DNA of 45,891 nt from the NCBI GenBank assembly GCA_029863065.1, contig JAOTWE010000002.1, positions 1 through 45,891 of the forward strand, in the 5' to 3' direction. The position numbers were made by a program, and so were the translations under genes. This stretch comes from Betaproteobacteria bacterium. GTDB taxonomy: Bacteria > Pseudomonadota > Gammaproteobacteria > Burkholderiales > SG8-39. Position 1 is the stretch's first letter. Every line of letters starts with the position of its first letter. Shown one piece after another: positions 37,781-45,765 of this stretch. Below the pieces are notes generated by a model. The model did no database searches and had not been told where the DNA came from. It saw only the letters and a program-made list of their open reading frames with translations.

Positions 37781-38950
37781 CTAGGCGGACTCGTACAGCC
37801 TCGTCAGCACGAATTCGCGGTGGCCGAGCGCCTCGGCGGCGGTGAGCCGGCCGTTGGCGGTGCGGAACATGCACTCGAGCAGTTTTTCGCCCGCCTGGTC
37901 CGGCGTCATTTCCTTCCTCAGCAATCCCGAGACGTCGACGTCGATGTGCTCGCTCATCGTGCGCACGGTGCGCGGATTCGCGGAGAGCTTGATCACCGGC
38001 AGGATCGGATTGCCGATGACGTTGCCCTGGCCGGTGGGAAAGAGATGCACCGCGAAACCGGCCGCGGCGCACAGGGTCACCATCTCGGCCGCGGCGGACG
38101 ACGAATCCATGAACCACAGGCCCGGTCCGCTCGGCATTTCCGCCTTGTCGAGCACGCCGTCGACGACACATTTCCGGCCGATCTTCTGGATGTTGCCCAG
38201 CGCCTTCTCCTCGATGGTGGTGAGGCCGCCCTCAATGTTGCCCTTGGTCGGCTGCGAGTCCATGAGATCGCTCGTCTTGTGGCGATCCACGACCTGCTGG
38301 TAGCGGTCGAAGACGAACTGGAACTTCTTCCGTACTTCATCGTTGCGGCAGCGCGCGGCCACGAGCTGCTCGCCGCCGGTGAGCTCGGTGGTCTCGCCGA
38401 ATACCAAAGTGACCTTGTGCGGGTACATCTTGTCGAAGGCGTTGCCGACGGTCGGATTCGCGCCACAGCCGGAGGTGGTGTCGGATTCCCCGCACTTGGT
38501 GGACACCCAGAGGTCCTTCAGCGGCCGCTCCTCGCGCCGCAGCTCGGAGGCCCACTGCACGTATTCCTTCGCCGCCTTGGAGGCGCGCATGATGGTGTCG
38601 TGGTCGCCGTGCTGCTCGATGCCGAATTCGGAAACCGGCTTGCCGGTGGCGCGGATGCCGTCGGCCACTTTTTTCGCCCAGCCGTTTTCGATGCAGATCA
38701 CCACCACGGCGGCGACGTTCGGATTCGAGCCGGCGCCGATCAGCGTGCGGAAGTGCAGGTCGAGGTCGGCGCCGAACTGGAGGCGCCCGTAGGGATGCGG
38801 GATCGCCAGCGCCCCCTTGACGTTGTTGGCCACCGCCTCGGCGGCGGCATTTGACAGGTCATCCACCGGCAGGATGAGAACGTGATTCCTCACGCCGACG
38901 CGCTGGTTTTCGCGCTTGTAGCCCCAGAAGCTCGCTTTCGAGAGGTCCAT
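37781..38950 (-). CDS. UxaA-family hydro-lyase large subunit (GD_AH_C domain; SuyB-like).
   Basis: [49 protein letters not shown] 38950 is preferred; the track start is GTG 38959. Confidence 0.85.
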   Translation of the reverse strand: MDLSKASFWGYKRENQRVGVRNHVLILPVDDLSNAAAEAVANNVKGALAIPHPYGRLQFGADLDLHFRTLIGAGSNPNVAAVVVICIENGWAKKVADGIRATGKPVSEFGIEQHGDHDTIMRASKAAKEYVQWASELRREERPLKDLWVSTKCGESDTTSGCGANPTVGNAFDKMYPHKVTLVFGETTELTGGEQLVAARCRNDEVRKKFQFVFDRYQQVVDRHKTSDLMDSQPTKGNIEGGLTTIEEKALGNIQKIGRKCVVDGVLDKAEMPSGPGLWFMDSSSAAAEMVTLCAAAGFAVHLFPTGQGNVIGNPILPVIKLSANPRTVRTMSEHIDVDVSGLLRKEMTPDQAGEKLLECMFRTANGRLTAAEALGHREFVLTRLYESA

Positions 38951-38952
38951 GC

Positions 38953-39234
38953 TCACCACCGCTTGGTTTTCAGGTTCTGGATGTGCGTGTGCTCGCCCCT
39001 GGCGATCGGCGCCACCACCTTGCCGATGTCAACGCCGTACTTGATCACCGTGTCGCCAGGCCTGTAGTCCTTCAGGGCGAGCTTGTGGCCGATCGGGATG
39101 TCGCTCTTCGCCGTGATCTTGATTTCCTTGTCGTCCTCCATGATCCAGCCGGTGAGCTCCTGGCCCTTCTTCACGCCCTCGACGACGACGACGCCGACGC
39201 CGTCGCCTTCTTCATGCACGACGAAATGGATCAT
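38953..39234 (-). CDS. SAF-domain small subunit of the UxaA-family hydro-lyase (SuyA-like).
   Basis: 93 aa from ATG 39234: [27 protein letters not shown]....[42 protein letters not shown]. Confidence 0.8.
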   Translation of the reverse strand: MIHFVVHEEGDGVGVVVVEGVKKGQELTGWIMEDDKEIKITAKSDIPIGHKLALKDYRPGDTVIKYGVDIGKVVAPIARGEHTHIQNLKTKRW

Positions 39235-39277
39235 GCAACACCTCGCTACGGGAAGCCGATATTCTAGCCGCAGGAAT

Positions 39278-39315
39278 GGCGGCAAGCGAAGCGACCGTAA
39301 CGGTGCCTTGCCGCC
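39278..39315. promoter_or_regulatory. 9-bp inverted repeat in the divergent control region.
   Basis: ggcggcaag (20 nt) cttgccgcc, 44-81 nt upstream of the operon's first ATG (39234) and about 90 nt upstream of 39405. Confidence 0.3.
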
Positions 39316-39404
39316 GTTAGACCTGCGCCAGGGGGATGAACATGCGCTTTATTGCGGTTGCCGTGCTCGCGACGATGCTTACCGAATGGAATTTCCAATC
39401 CGTC

Positions 39405-39899
39405 ATGTTACGGTTCTATAAGTGGCTGCTGCTCCCGTCATGCATTGCCGGCTTAGTCGCCAGTGCCCATGCCCAAATGGTGCCAGCGAAATGGTCTCCA
39501 CAGGTGTGGGTCAATGCAGGTGCCTATTCCGTTCACTTTGACCGCAGTAAGGACTTCCGCGAAGACAACATCGGTCTCGGCGCCGAGGTAGGGCTCGCCG
39601 AGGATCACGCGCTGACGGCCGGCACTTTCATCAACAGTGAAAGGGCAAGAAGCCGCTATGGCGCCTACCAATGGCGTCCGCTGCATTGGCGACCCGCCGG
39701 CGTCAACGTGAGCGCGGGAATCGCTTTGGGTGCTTTCGACGGCTATCCCGGGTTTCGCGACGGCGGCTGGTTCCTTGCCGCGTTACCGATGCTCGCCGTG
39801 GAATACGAGAGGGTCGGCGTGAATCTCTTCATCGTGCCTACGATTTCGAACCGCGTCGACGGGGCGGTATCGGTTCAGTTCAAGCTGCGCCTTTGGTAG
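39405..39899 (+). CDS. Outer-membrane beta-barrel protein, tentatively PagP-like (lipid A palmitoyltransferase family).
   Basis: Signal peptide MLRFYKWLLLPSCIAGLVASAHA. By-eye colinearity with E. coli PagP: SVHFD vs TWHARF, TFINSE vs AFKDSW, YQWRPL vs STWRPL, C-terminal aromatic residue. Not verified by alignment. Confidence 0.45.
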   Translation: MLRFYKWLLLPSCIAGLVASAHAQMVPAKWSPQVWVNAGAYSVHFDRSKDFREDNIGLGAEVGLAEDHALTAGTFINSERARSRYGAYQWRPLHWRPAGVNVSAGIALGAFDGYPGFRDGGWFLAALPMLAVEYERVGVNLFIVPTISNRVDGAVSVQFKLRLW

Positions 39900-40080
39900 T
39901 CAAGAACAGATAGGAAAAGCAATCCGAGGCTGGTGGCCCGGCATGCCATGAAATGCCTCTTCAGGCCACGTAGCCCCCGGCGCGGGCTCGCACATCGAGC
40001 GGATTTGTAGTCCGATGCGAGCGCGCATAGCCCGCTGGTCCGGCAAGCATTCTGGAACAGGGACCGGGTATTCTGCCACC

Positions 40081-41610
40081 ATGGTCAACCGCCGCAGGTT
40101 CCTGCAGGCCCTTGCTGCCGCGGGTGTTTCACGCGCGCTGCCCGGCTGCGCGCAAGAAGCGCAGATGCCCGGCGCCTACCCCTTCGGCCTGGGCGTCGCC
40201 TCCGGCTATCCGCATCCGGGCGGCATGGTGCTGTGGACGCGGCTTCTCGGCGACTTCGGGTCCGCCGCCGTGCCGGTGCGCTGGGAGATCGCGGCGGACG
40301 AGTCGATGCGCCGCATCGTCGCGTCGGGCAGCGTGCCGGCGGAGCCCGACTGGGCGCACTCGGCGCGCGTGGAGGCAAATGGGCTCGAGCCGGATCGCTG
40401 GTACTGGTACCGCTTCATGGCCGGCGACGCCGTGAGCCCGGTCGGGCGCACGCGCACCGCGCCGCGCTTGGACGCAGCCGTAGATCGACTGCGCTTCGCG
40501 TTCGCCTCCTGCCAGCAGTACGAGCAGGGCTACTACGGCGCGCACCGGCACATCGCCGCGGACGCGCCCGATCTCGTCGCGTTTCTGGGCGACTACATCT
40601 ACGAATCGTCGTGGGGTAAGGATCACGTGCGCAAGCACACGGGCAGCGAACCGTACACCTTGGATGATTACCGCGCGCGCTATGCGCTCTACAAGTCGGA
40701 CCCCGACCTGCAGGCCGCGCATGCCGCCTGCCCGTGGATCGTCACCTGGGACGACCACGAGGTGGACAACGACTACGCCGATGACCGGCCAGAGGACGGC
40801 ATGCCGCGCGAGCAGTTCCTCGCGCGCCGCGCCGCCGCCTATCGCGCCTATTACGAGCACATGCCGCTGCCCGAGCGCATGCGCCCGCGGGGTCCCGACA
40901 TGCGCCTGCACACGCAGCTTGGCTGGGGGACGCTCGGGCGGTTCTTTGTGCTGGATACGCGGCAGTATCGCTCCTGGCACCCCTGCCCGCGGCGCGGGCG
41001 AAGCGGCGGCTCGAACACCGTGGATGTGGAAAAGTGTGCGCAGCTCTTCGATGGCGAGCGCTCGATGCTCGGGCGCGCTCAGGAGCGCTGGCTGGAGAGC
41101 GCGCTGCGCGAGTCGCGCTCGCGCTGGAACCTGCTCGCGCAGCAGACACGCATGGCGCAGTTCGACCAGAAGCCCGGGCCGGGCCGGCGCGCCTGGACCG
41201 ACGGCTGGGACGGCTACCCGGCGGCGCGCCAGCGGCTGCTGTCGTTCCTGTCGGTGCGGCGCATCGCCAATCCGGTGGTGCTGGGCGGCGACGTGCACCT
41301 ATTCAATGTGTGCGACCTGAAGCTGGATTTCGACGACCCGGCCTCGCCCGTGGTGGCGAGCGAGTTCGTCGGTACCTCGATCACCTCGCAGGCCGCGACG
41401 CAGGAGCGGTTGAACAAGTTGCTCCCCGACAATCCGCACATGCAGCTGCTCGACAGCCGCTTTCGCGGCTACGTGCGCATGGAAGTGACGCCGCGCGCGC
41501 TGCGCGCGGATCTGCGGGCGATGCAGACGGTACAGGTGCGCGACGCGGCCTGCCGGACGTTGGCGACGTACGAAGTGGCGAACGGCAAGGCGGGGGCGGG
41601 GCGCGCGTAA
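40081..41610 (+). CDS. phoD: PhoD-family alkaline phosphatase/phosphodiesterase with a Tat signal.
   Basis: MVNRRRFLQALAAAGV; PFGLGVASGYPHPGGMVLWTRL; FASCQQYEQGYY; FLGDYIYE; WDDHEVDNDYA. Confidence 0.88.
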   Translation: MVNRRRFLQALAAAGVSRALPGCAQEAQMPGAYPFGLGVASGYPHPGGMVLWTRLLGDFGSAAVPVRWEIAADESMRRIVASGSVPAEPDWAHSARVEANGLEPDRWYWYRFMAGDAVSPVGRTRTAPRLDAAVDRLRFAFASCQQYEQGYYGAHRHIAADAPDLVAFLGDYIYESSWGKDHVRKHTGSEPYTLDDYRARYALYKSDPDLQAAHAACPWIVTWDDHEVDNDYADDRPEDGMPREQFLARRAAAYRAYYEHMPLPERMRPRGPDMRLHTQLGWGTLGRFFVLDTRQYRSWHPCPRRGRSGGSNTVDVEKCAQLFDGERSMLGRAQERWLESALRESRSRWNLLAQQTRMAQFDQKPGPGRRAWTDGWDGYPAARQRLLSFLSVRRIANPVVLGGDVHLFNVCDLKLDFDDPASPVVASEFVGTSITSQAATQERLNKLLPDNPHMQLLDSRFRGYVRMEVTPRALRADLRAMQTVQVRDAACRTLATYEVANGKAGAGRA

Positions 41611-41617
41611 GCGCCCG

Positions 41618-41926
41618 CTAGCCGCCGAAGAAGCGGTAGGTGCCGACTTCCGTCAGCTCCGCCGCCACCGGCGGCTCGTCGCACCTGTCCTTGATCTTGG
41701 CGGTGAATTCCTTGAAGGCCTGCAGCTCGCCGAGCGGGTTGCTGCCGTCGGGCGTTTCCAGCGACACGAGATGCACGAAGCTCACGCCGTCGGCCTGCTT
41801 GAACGAGGCGTAGCGCAGGCCGGAGGGCTGGTCGCGCTGGAGCTGCTCGAACACGTTTCCGATGTAGACCTCGTTTTCCGGCGCCTTGTCGGCCTTGACC
41901 TTGTAACGCACCATGATTCGTCGCAT
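41618..41926 (-). CDS. Small hypothetical protein, possibly with an ABM/Dabb-like ferredoxin fold.
   Basis: 102 aa. GGAGG lies 6 nt before ATG 41926. The family call is weak. Confidence 0.45.
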   Translation of the reverse strand: MRRIMVRYKVKADKAPENEVYIGNVFEQLQRDQPSGLRYASFKQADGVSFVHLVSLETPDGSNPLGELQAFKEFTAKIKDRCDEPPVAAELTEVGTYRFFGG

Positions 41927-41978
41927 TGCCCACCTCCCACCCGCATGTTCCTACATGACTTCGTGCTGCTCAAGCGCA

Positions 41979-42140
41979 CTAGCGCTGCACCAGCAGGTAG
42001 ATGCCGACAATAATGAGGATTGCCGGCCACCACTGGGCGAACAGCGGCCCGACGCGCGGTATCCAGCCGAAGTTCGACAGCAGAAACAGTACGCCGATGA
42101 CAATGAGAACCGAAGCGCTGATTCTGGATTTCGCTCGCAT
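41979..42140 (-). CDS. Small two-TM membrane protein (LiaF-N/DUF5668-like impression).
   Basis: 53 aa from ATG 42140 (GGGAGG upstream): MRAKSRISASVLIVIGVLFLLSNFGWIP...WWPAILIIVGIYLLVQR. Confidence 0.5.
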   Translation of the reverse strand: MRAKSRISASVLIVIGVLFLLSNFGWIPRVGPLFAQWWPAILIIVGIYLLVQR

Positions 42141-42181
42141 ACGCCTCCCTTCGATGGGCTGTCGCCGGACGCCAAGCGGTA

Positions 42182-42448
42182 TCAAGAACCGCCTTTTTCG
42201 AGCCGTTCGCACTCCGCCTCGTAATCCTTCACCAGCACGGCGAGTGCATCATGAAACGCGTTCTGGTGGGTGAGCAGTGCCTCAAGTTTCTTCGCCAGTT
42301 GCTTCTGCTTCATTTCGCCCTCGAGCAGCAGCCAGAACTCGGTGAGCTTCTCGATGTTCGCCTTGGCGTAGTGGTCCATTTCCTTGAGTTGCGCGATGAT
42401 GTTCCTCGATTTCTCCAGCTTTGTCTTCTCGCCTGACTGATCGGTCAT
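42182..42448 (-). CDS. Small charged, probably coiled-coil, hypothetical protein.
   Basis: 88 aa from ATG 42448 (AGGAGG 6 nt upstream): MTDQSGEKTKLEKSRNIIAQLKEMDHYAKANIEKLTEFW... Confidence 0.5.
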   Translation of the reverse strand: MTDQSGEKTKLEKSRNIIAQLKEMDHYAKANIEKLTEFWLLLEGEMKQKQLAKKLEALLTHQNAFHDALAVLVKDYEAECERLEKGGS

Positions 42449-42563
42449 GCTTGCCTCCTGGTGTGGCCCGTTGATTGCACCTGAAATTCGCGTTGAGCGG
42501 CGCACGGTTGCTCGGCGCGTCCGCTCGCAAACGCGAGGTTAGGCCGACGGCTTGCGACGGTGC

Positions 42564-43181
42564 TCATCGCGGAACGGCGGTACCCCAGTAGTTGAAGCTT
42601 GCCGGGCGCCAGCCCGGTATGTACATGGTGTCCAAGCTGTTGATCCGGAATCCTCCCGCCTCGATAAGCGCGGGGATCGGGCGATTCAAATTGCATCCGC
42701 CGCCGAGCCGCTTCCAGATCGGATTGAGGCGGTCCTGCCAGCGGCGGACATTCGCGTCCGGTGCCGCCCCGTGCTCGCAGAAGAGCAATTCGCCGCCGGG
42801 CCGCAGGACCCGGCTGATGTGGCGCAGTGCAGGGGTCGTATCAGGAATGGTGCAGAGCGTGTAGGTCACGACCACGGTGTCCACACTGCCGTCCTCGAGC
42901 GGAATCTCATCGCCCGGCAAGCCGATGAACTCCACCTCGAAGGGGAGCGAAGCCGCGGCCCGTCTTGCCATCTGGGTCATCTCTGGCGACGGATCGAGGC
43001 CCCAGACCTTGCTTACCTTCGAGGAATCATAAAAGGGGAGGTTCAAGCCAGAACCGATGCCAATTTCAAGAACCCGCCCACGGGCGAGCGGCACCACCTT
43101 CTCGCGCTGACGCATGTTCGGCTTCAAGCCGCACGTGAAGTGGACGACTTTGGGGAGGATGTACCTGCTATACAGTCCCAT
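42564..43181 (-). CDS. Class I SAM-dependent methyltransferase (Methyltransf_11-like).
   Basis: Motif I VLEIGIGSGLNLPFY; post-I WGLDPS; LRPGGELLF. GGGAGGA precedes the ATG. Confidence 0.85.
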   Translation of the reverse strand: MGLYSRYILPKVVHFTCGLKPNMRQREKVVPLARGRVLEIGIGSGLNLPFYDSSKVSKVWGLDPSPEMTQMARRAAASLPFEVEFIGLPGDEIPLEDGSVDTVVVTYTLCTIPDTTPALRHISRVLRPGGELLFCEHGAAPDANVRRWQDRLNPIWKRLGGGCNLNRPIPALIEAGGFRINSLDTMYIPGWRPASFNYWGTAVPR

Positions 43182-44046
43182 CGATTCCTCCCGCCGCCGG
43201 CACGACGATCTTCGAATCGTCCCGGTTGCCCCACTCTCCCCACGCCGAGACGTAGTTCCTCACCCGCGGATAGCCGAGCGACTTGAGCGCAATGAAGGTG
43301 CTCGCCGAGCGGTAGCCGCCCTGGCATAGGGGAATCACGGTCTTGTCCGGCGTCACTCCCCGCGACTCATAGAGCCTGCGGATGTCGTCAGCCGGCCGGA
43401 ACGCGCCGCGCGCGTCCAGGTGTTCGCGCCAGAACACATGCACGGCGCCCGGAATTTTGCCGGCGCGGCGCGCCCGCTTTTCCGTGCCCCGATACTCCGA
43501 CTCGCGCCGCACGTCGAGGATGACGGCGCTTTCGTCGCCGATGGCGCGATGGACGTCGAACCGGGTCGCCAGCAGATCCAGATTCATCTTGCCCTTGAAA
43601 GGCGGCGCGGCCGGCGGCGCCTTGGCCGGATCGACTGGCGCCGGTGCCGAAGTCACCCGCGCAAGCTGCCCACCCGCCGCAATCCACGCCTGGGTGCCGC
43701 CATCGAGAAGACGGACATCCGGATGGCCCAGCACCGCGAGGAGCCACACCGCGCGCGCCGAGCGCTCACCCGATTCGTGGTCGTAGATCACCACCGGCCG
43801 GTCCGCGGCGACGCCGCGGGTCCCGAACAGCACGCGAAAGATGGCGAGGAAGGCGTTCAGCGGCGCTTCGGCGGAGTCGTTCAGGCTGACGCCGTAGATG
43901 TCCAGATGCCCGCTTCCCGGAATGTGGCCCAGCGCAAAGTCCTCTGCGGGACGCAGGTCGACCAGGGTCACCGCGCCCAGGCGTTCATTCAGCTCGCGTG
44001 CGCTGATCAGGTAGCGCGGATCGGGAAACCCGCCTCCTACTTGCAC
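43168..44046 (-). CDS. Two-domain rhodanese sulfurtransferase (thiosulfate/3-mercaptopyruvate type).
   Basis: LVDLRP..F..GHIPGS; second domain ILDVRR..EY....GKIPGAVHV; active-site loop CQGGYRS. Confidence 0.85.
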   Translation of the reverse strand: MQVGGGFPDPRYLISARELNERLGAVTLVDLRPAEDFALGHIPGSGHLDIYGVSLNDSAEAPLNAFLAIFRVLFGTRGVAADRPVVIYDHESGERSARAVWLLAVLGHPDVRLLDGGTQAWIAAGGQLARVTSAPAPVDPAKAPPAAPPFKGKMNLDLLATRFDVHRAIGDESAVILDVRRESEYRGTEKRARRAGKIPGAVHVFWREHLDARGAFRPADDIRRLYESRGVTPDKTVIPLCQGGYRSASTFIALKSLGYPRVRNYVSAWGEWGNRDDSKIVVPAAGGIDGTV

Positions 44047-44357
44047 TTCAGATTAGCCGACCAGTCCCTGATCGGCTTCGAGCAATCCTGCTCATTCACC
44101 TGCCGCGAGGCATCGAGATTACGCGCGCCCGCAGGCTCAGGCTCGAGCCCGCGCTCTCGCGCCGCCTGGCTGCCGCCATACTCCGCCGCAACCAGGCCGA
44201 TGCCGATCAGCACCCAGGCCGCCGCGCTGCCGTGACCGCTGTAGCCGGCCGAAACGCTGGTGGTGGTGGACATCGCGCCGCCGCCCGAATTCATCTGCAC
44301 GCTGGCGTGCGTGCAGCCGGCGAGCAGGAAAACCAGGACCAGGCCGAGACGTTTCAT
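44037..44357 (-). CDS. Small lipoprotein.
   Basis: [15 protein letters not shown] lipobox. ATGA overlap with the tsaC stop. Confidence 0.65.
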   Translation of the reverse strand: MKRLGLVLVFLLAGCTHASVQMNSGGGAMSTTTSVSAGYSGHGSAAAWVLIGIGLVAAEYGGSQAARERGLEPEPAGARNLDASRQVNEQDCSKPIRDWSANLKCK

Positions 44358-45289
44358 GTTGTCGCCCGCACCAGCCGATCCCGCACCCCGGCCCATTCCG
44401 GAGTCTCGGGCGGCGCTTCGATGAGGATACTCTCGCAGCCTGCGCCGTCCAACTCGCGCAGCGTGGCATAGAGCCTCTGCGCGTACCCCAAGGGTTCCCG
44501 CGGCATGCGCAACCAGTAGTCCACACGCTCGTCCGGACGCGAGAACGCGAGCACCGCCACCTTGTCGCGCAAGCGCGTGATTTCGCGATCGAGCTCGTGC
44601 GGCGGCACGAGGCGCGCGGGGGTCTTGGGCGCGTAGTGGCGCTCGAGCCCGCCCGAGTGGCGCGGCGAGTCGGCGCGCTTTTCCTGGATCAGTGCGCCGA
44701 GAGCCTGTTCCAGCTCCGGTCGGGAGATCCGCCCCGGCCTGAGGAGCACCGCGCCTTCGCCCGAAAGATCGACGATTGTGGACTCGATGCCCACCTCGCT
44801 CGGCCCGCCGTCGAGAACCAGCTCCGCGTCCTTGCCGAGGTCCGCGCGCACGTGCGCCGCGGTGGTCGGCGAAAGCTGGCCGAAACGGTTCGCCGAAGGC
44901 GCGGCGATGCCGCCGCCGAACGCCTTCAGCAATTCCTGCGCGACCGGATGCGCGGGCACGCGAACGCCAATCGTGTCCTGGCCGCCGGTGACGAAATCGC
45001 CCGCTTTTCTTGATTTCTTGAGGACCAGGGTCAGCGGGCCCGGCCAGAATTTTTCGGCGAGCTTTCTCGCACCTTCCGGAACGTCGCGCGCCCAGGCGAA
45101 CGCCTGCCGGGCGTCGGCGAAGTGCACGATTACCGGATGGTCCGCGGGCCGGCGCTTCGCCGCGTAAAGGCGCGCGACCGCTTCCTTGCTGGACGCATCC
45201 GCGCCCAGCCCGTACACGGTCTCGGTGGGAAACCCGACCAGCCCGCCGCGCTTGAGGATTTCCGCGGCGCGGCGGACGTCCGCGCTCAC
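44354..45289 (-). CDS. tsaC: L-threonylcarbamoyladenylate synthase, long Sua5-type (YrdC plus Sua5 C-terminal domain).
   Basis: [54 protein letters not shown] 45289 forms a GTGA overlap with the purE stop. Confidence 0.88.
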   Translation of the reverse strand: MSADVRRAAEILKRGGLVGFPTETVYGLGADASSKEAVARLYAAKRRPADHPVIVHFADARQAFAWARDVPEGARKLAEKFWPGPLTLVLKKSRKAGDFVTGGQDTIGVRVPAHPVAQELLKAFGGGIAAPSANRFGQLSPTTAAHVRADLGKDAELVLDGGPSEVGIESTIVDLSGEGAVLLRPGRISRPELEQALGALIQEKRADSPRHSGGLERHYAPKTPARLVPPHELDREITRLRDKVAVLAFSRPDERVDYWLRMPREPLGYAQRLYATLRELDGAGCESILIEAPPETPEWAGVRDRLVRATT

Positions 45290-45765
45290 AGCTTCAGCGG
45301 CGCGGCTTTCAGGACCGCTTCGGTCTGCTTGCGGCGGAACTCTTCCAGCTTCTTCGCCATGGCCGGATCGGAGAGCGCCAGGAGCGCCACGGCGAAGAGC
45401 GCCGCGTTCGCCGCGCCCGCCTCGCCGATAGCGAAGGTCGCCACCGGGATGCCTTTCGGCATCTGCACCGTGGACAGCAGCGAATCGAGTCCCTGCAAAT
45501 GTTTGGAGGGCATCGGCACGCCGAGCACCGGCAGCGTCGTGTGCGCCGCCACCACGCCGGCGAGATGCGCGGCGCCGCCCGCCGCGGCGATGATCGCCTT
45601 CATGCCGCGCTTCGCCGCGCCGTGCGCCCACTCGGCAACGGCGTGCGGGGTCCTGTGGGCCGACATCGCCTGCGCCTCGTAGGCGACGCCGAATTCCTCC
45701 AGCGTCTTCGCTGCCGCCTTCATGACCTCCCAGTCGTTGGCGGAACCCATCACGATGCCGATCAT
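45286..45765 (-). CDS. purE: N5-carboxyaminoimidazole ribonucleotide mutase.
   Basis: [14 protein letters not shown]...SAHRTP...[22 protein letters not shown]. Confidence 0.93.
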   Translation of the reverse strand: MIGIVMGSANDWEVMKAAAKTLEEFGVAYEAQAMSAHRTPHAVAEWAHGAAKRGMKAIIAAAGGAAHLAGVVAAHTTLPVLGVPMPSKHLQGLDSLLSTVQMPKGIPVATFAIGEAGAANAALFAVALLALSDPAMAKKLEEFRRKQTEAVLKAAPLKL

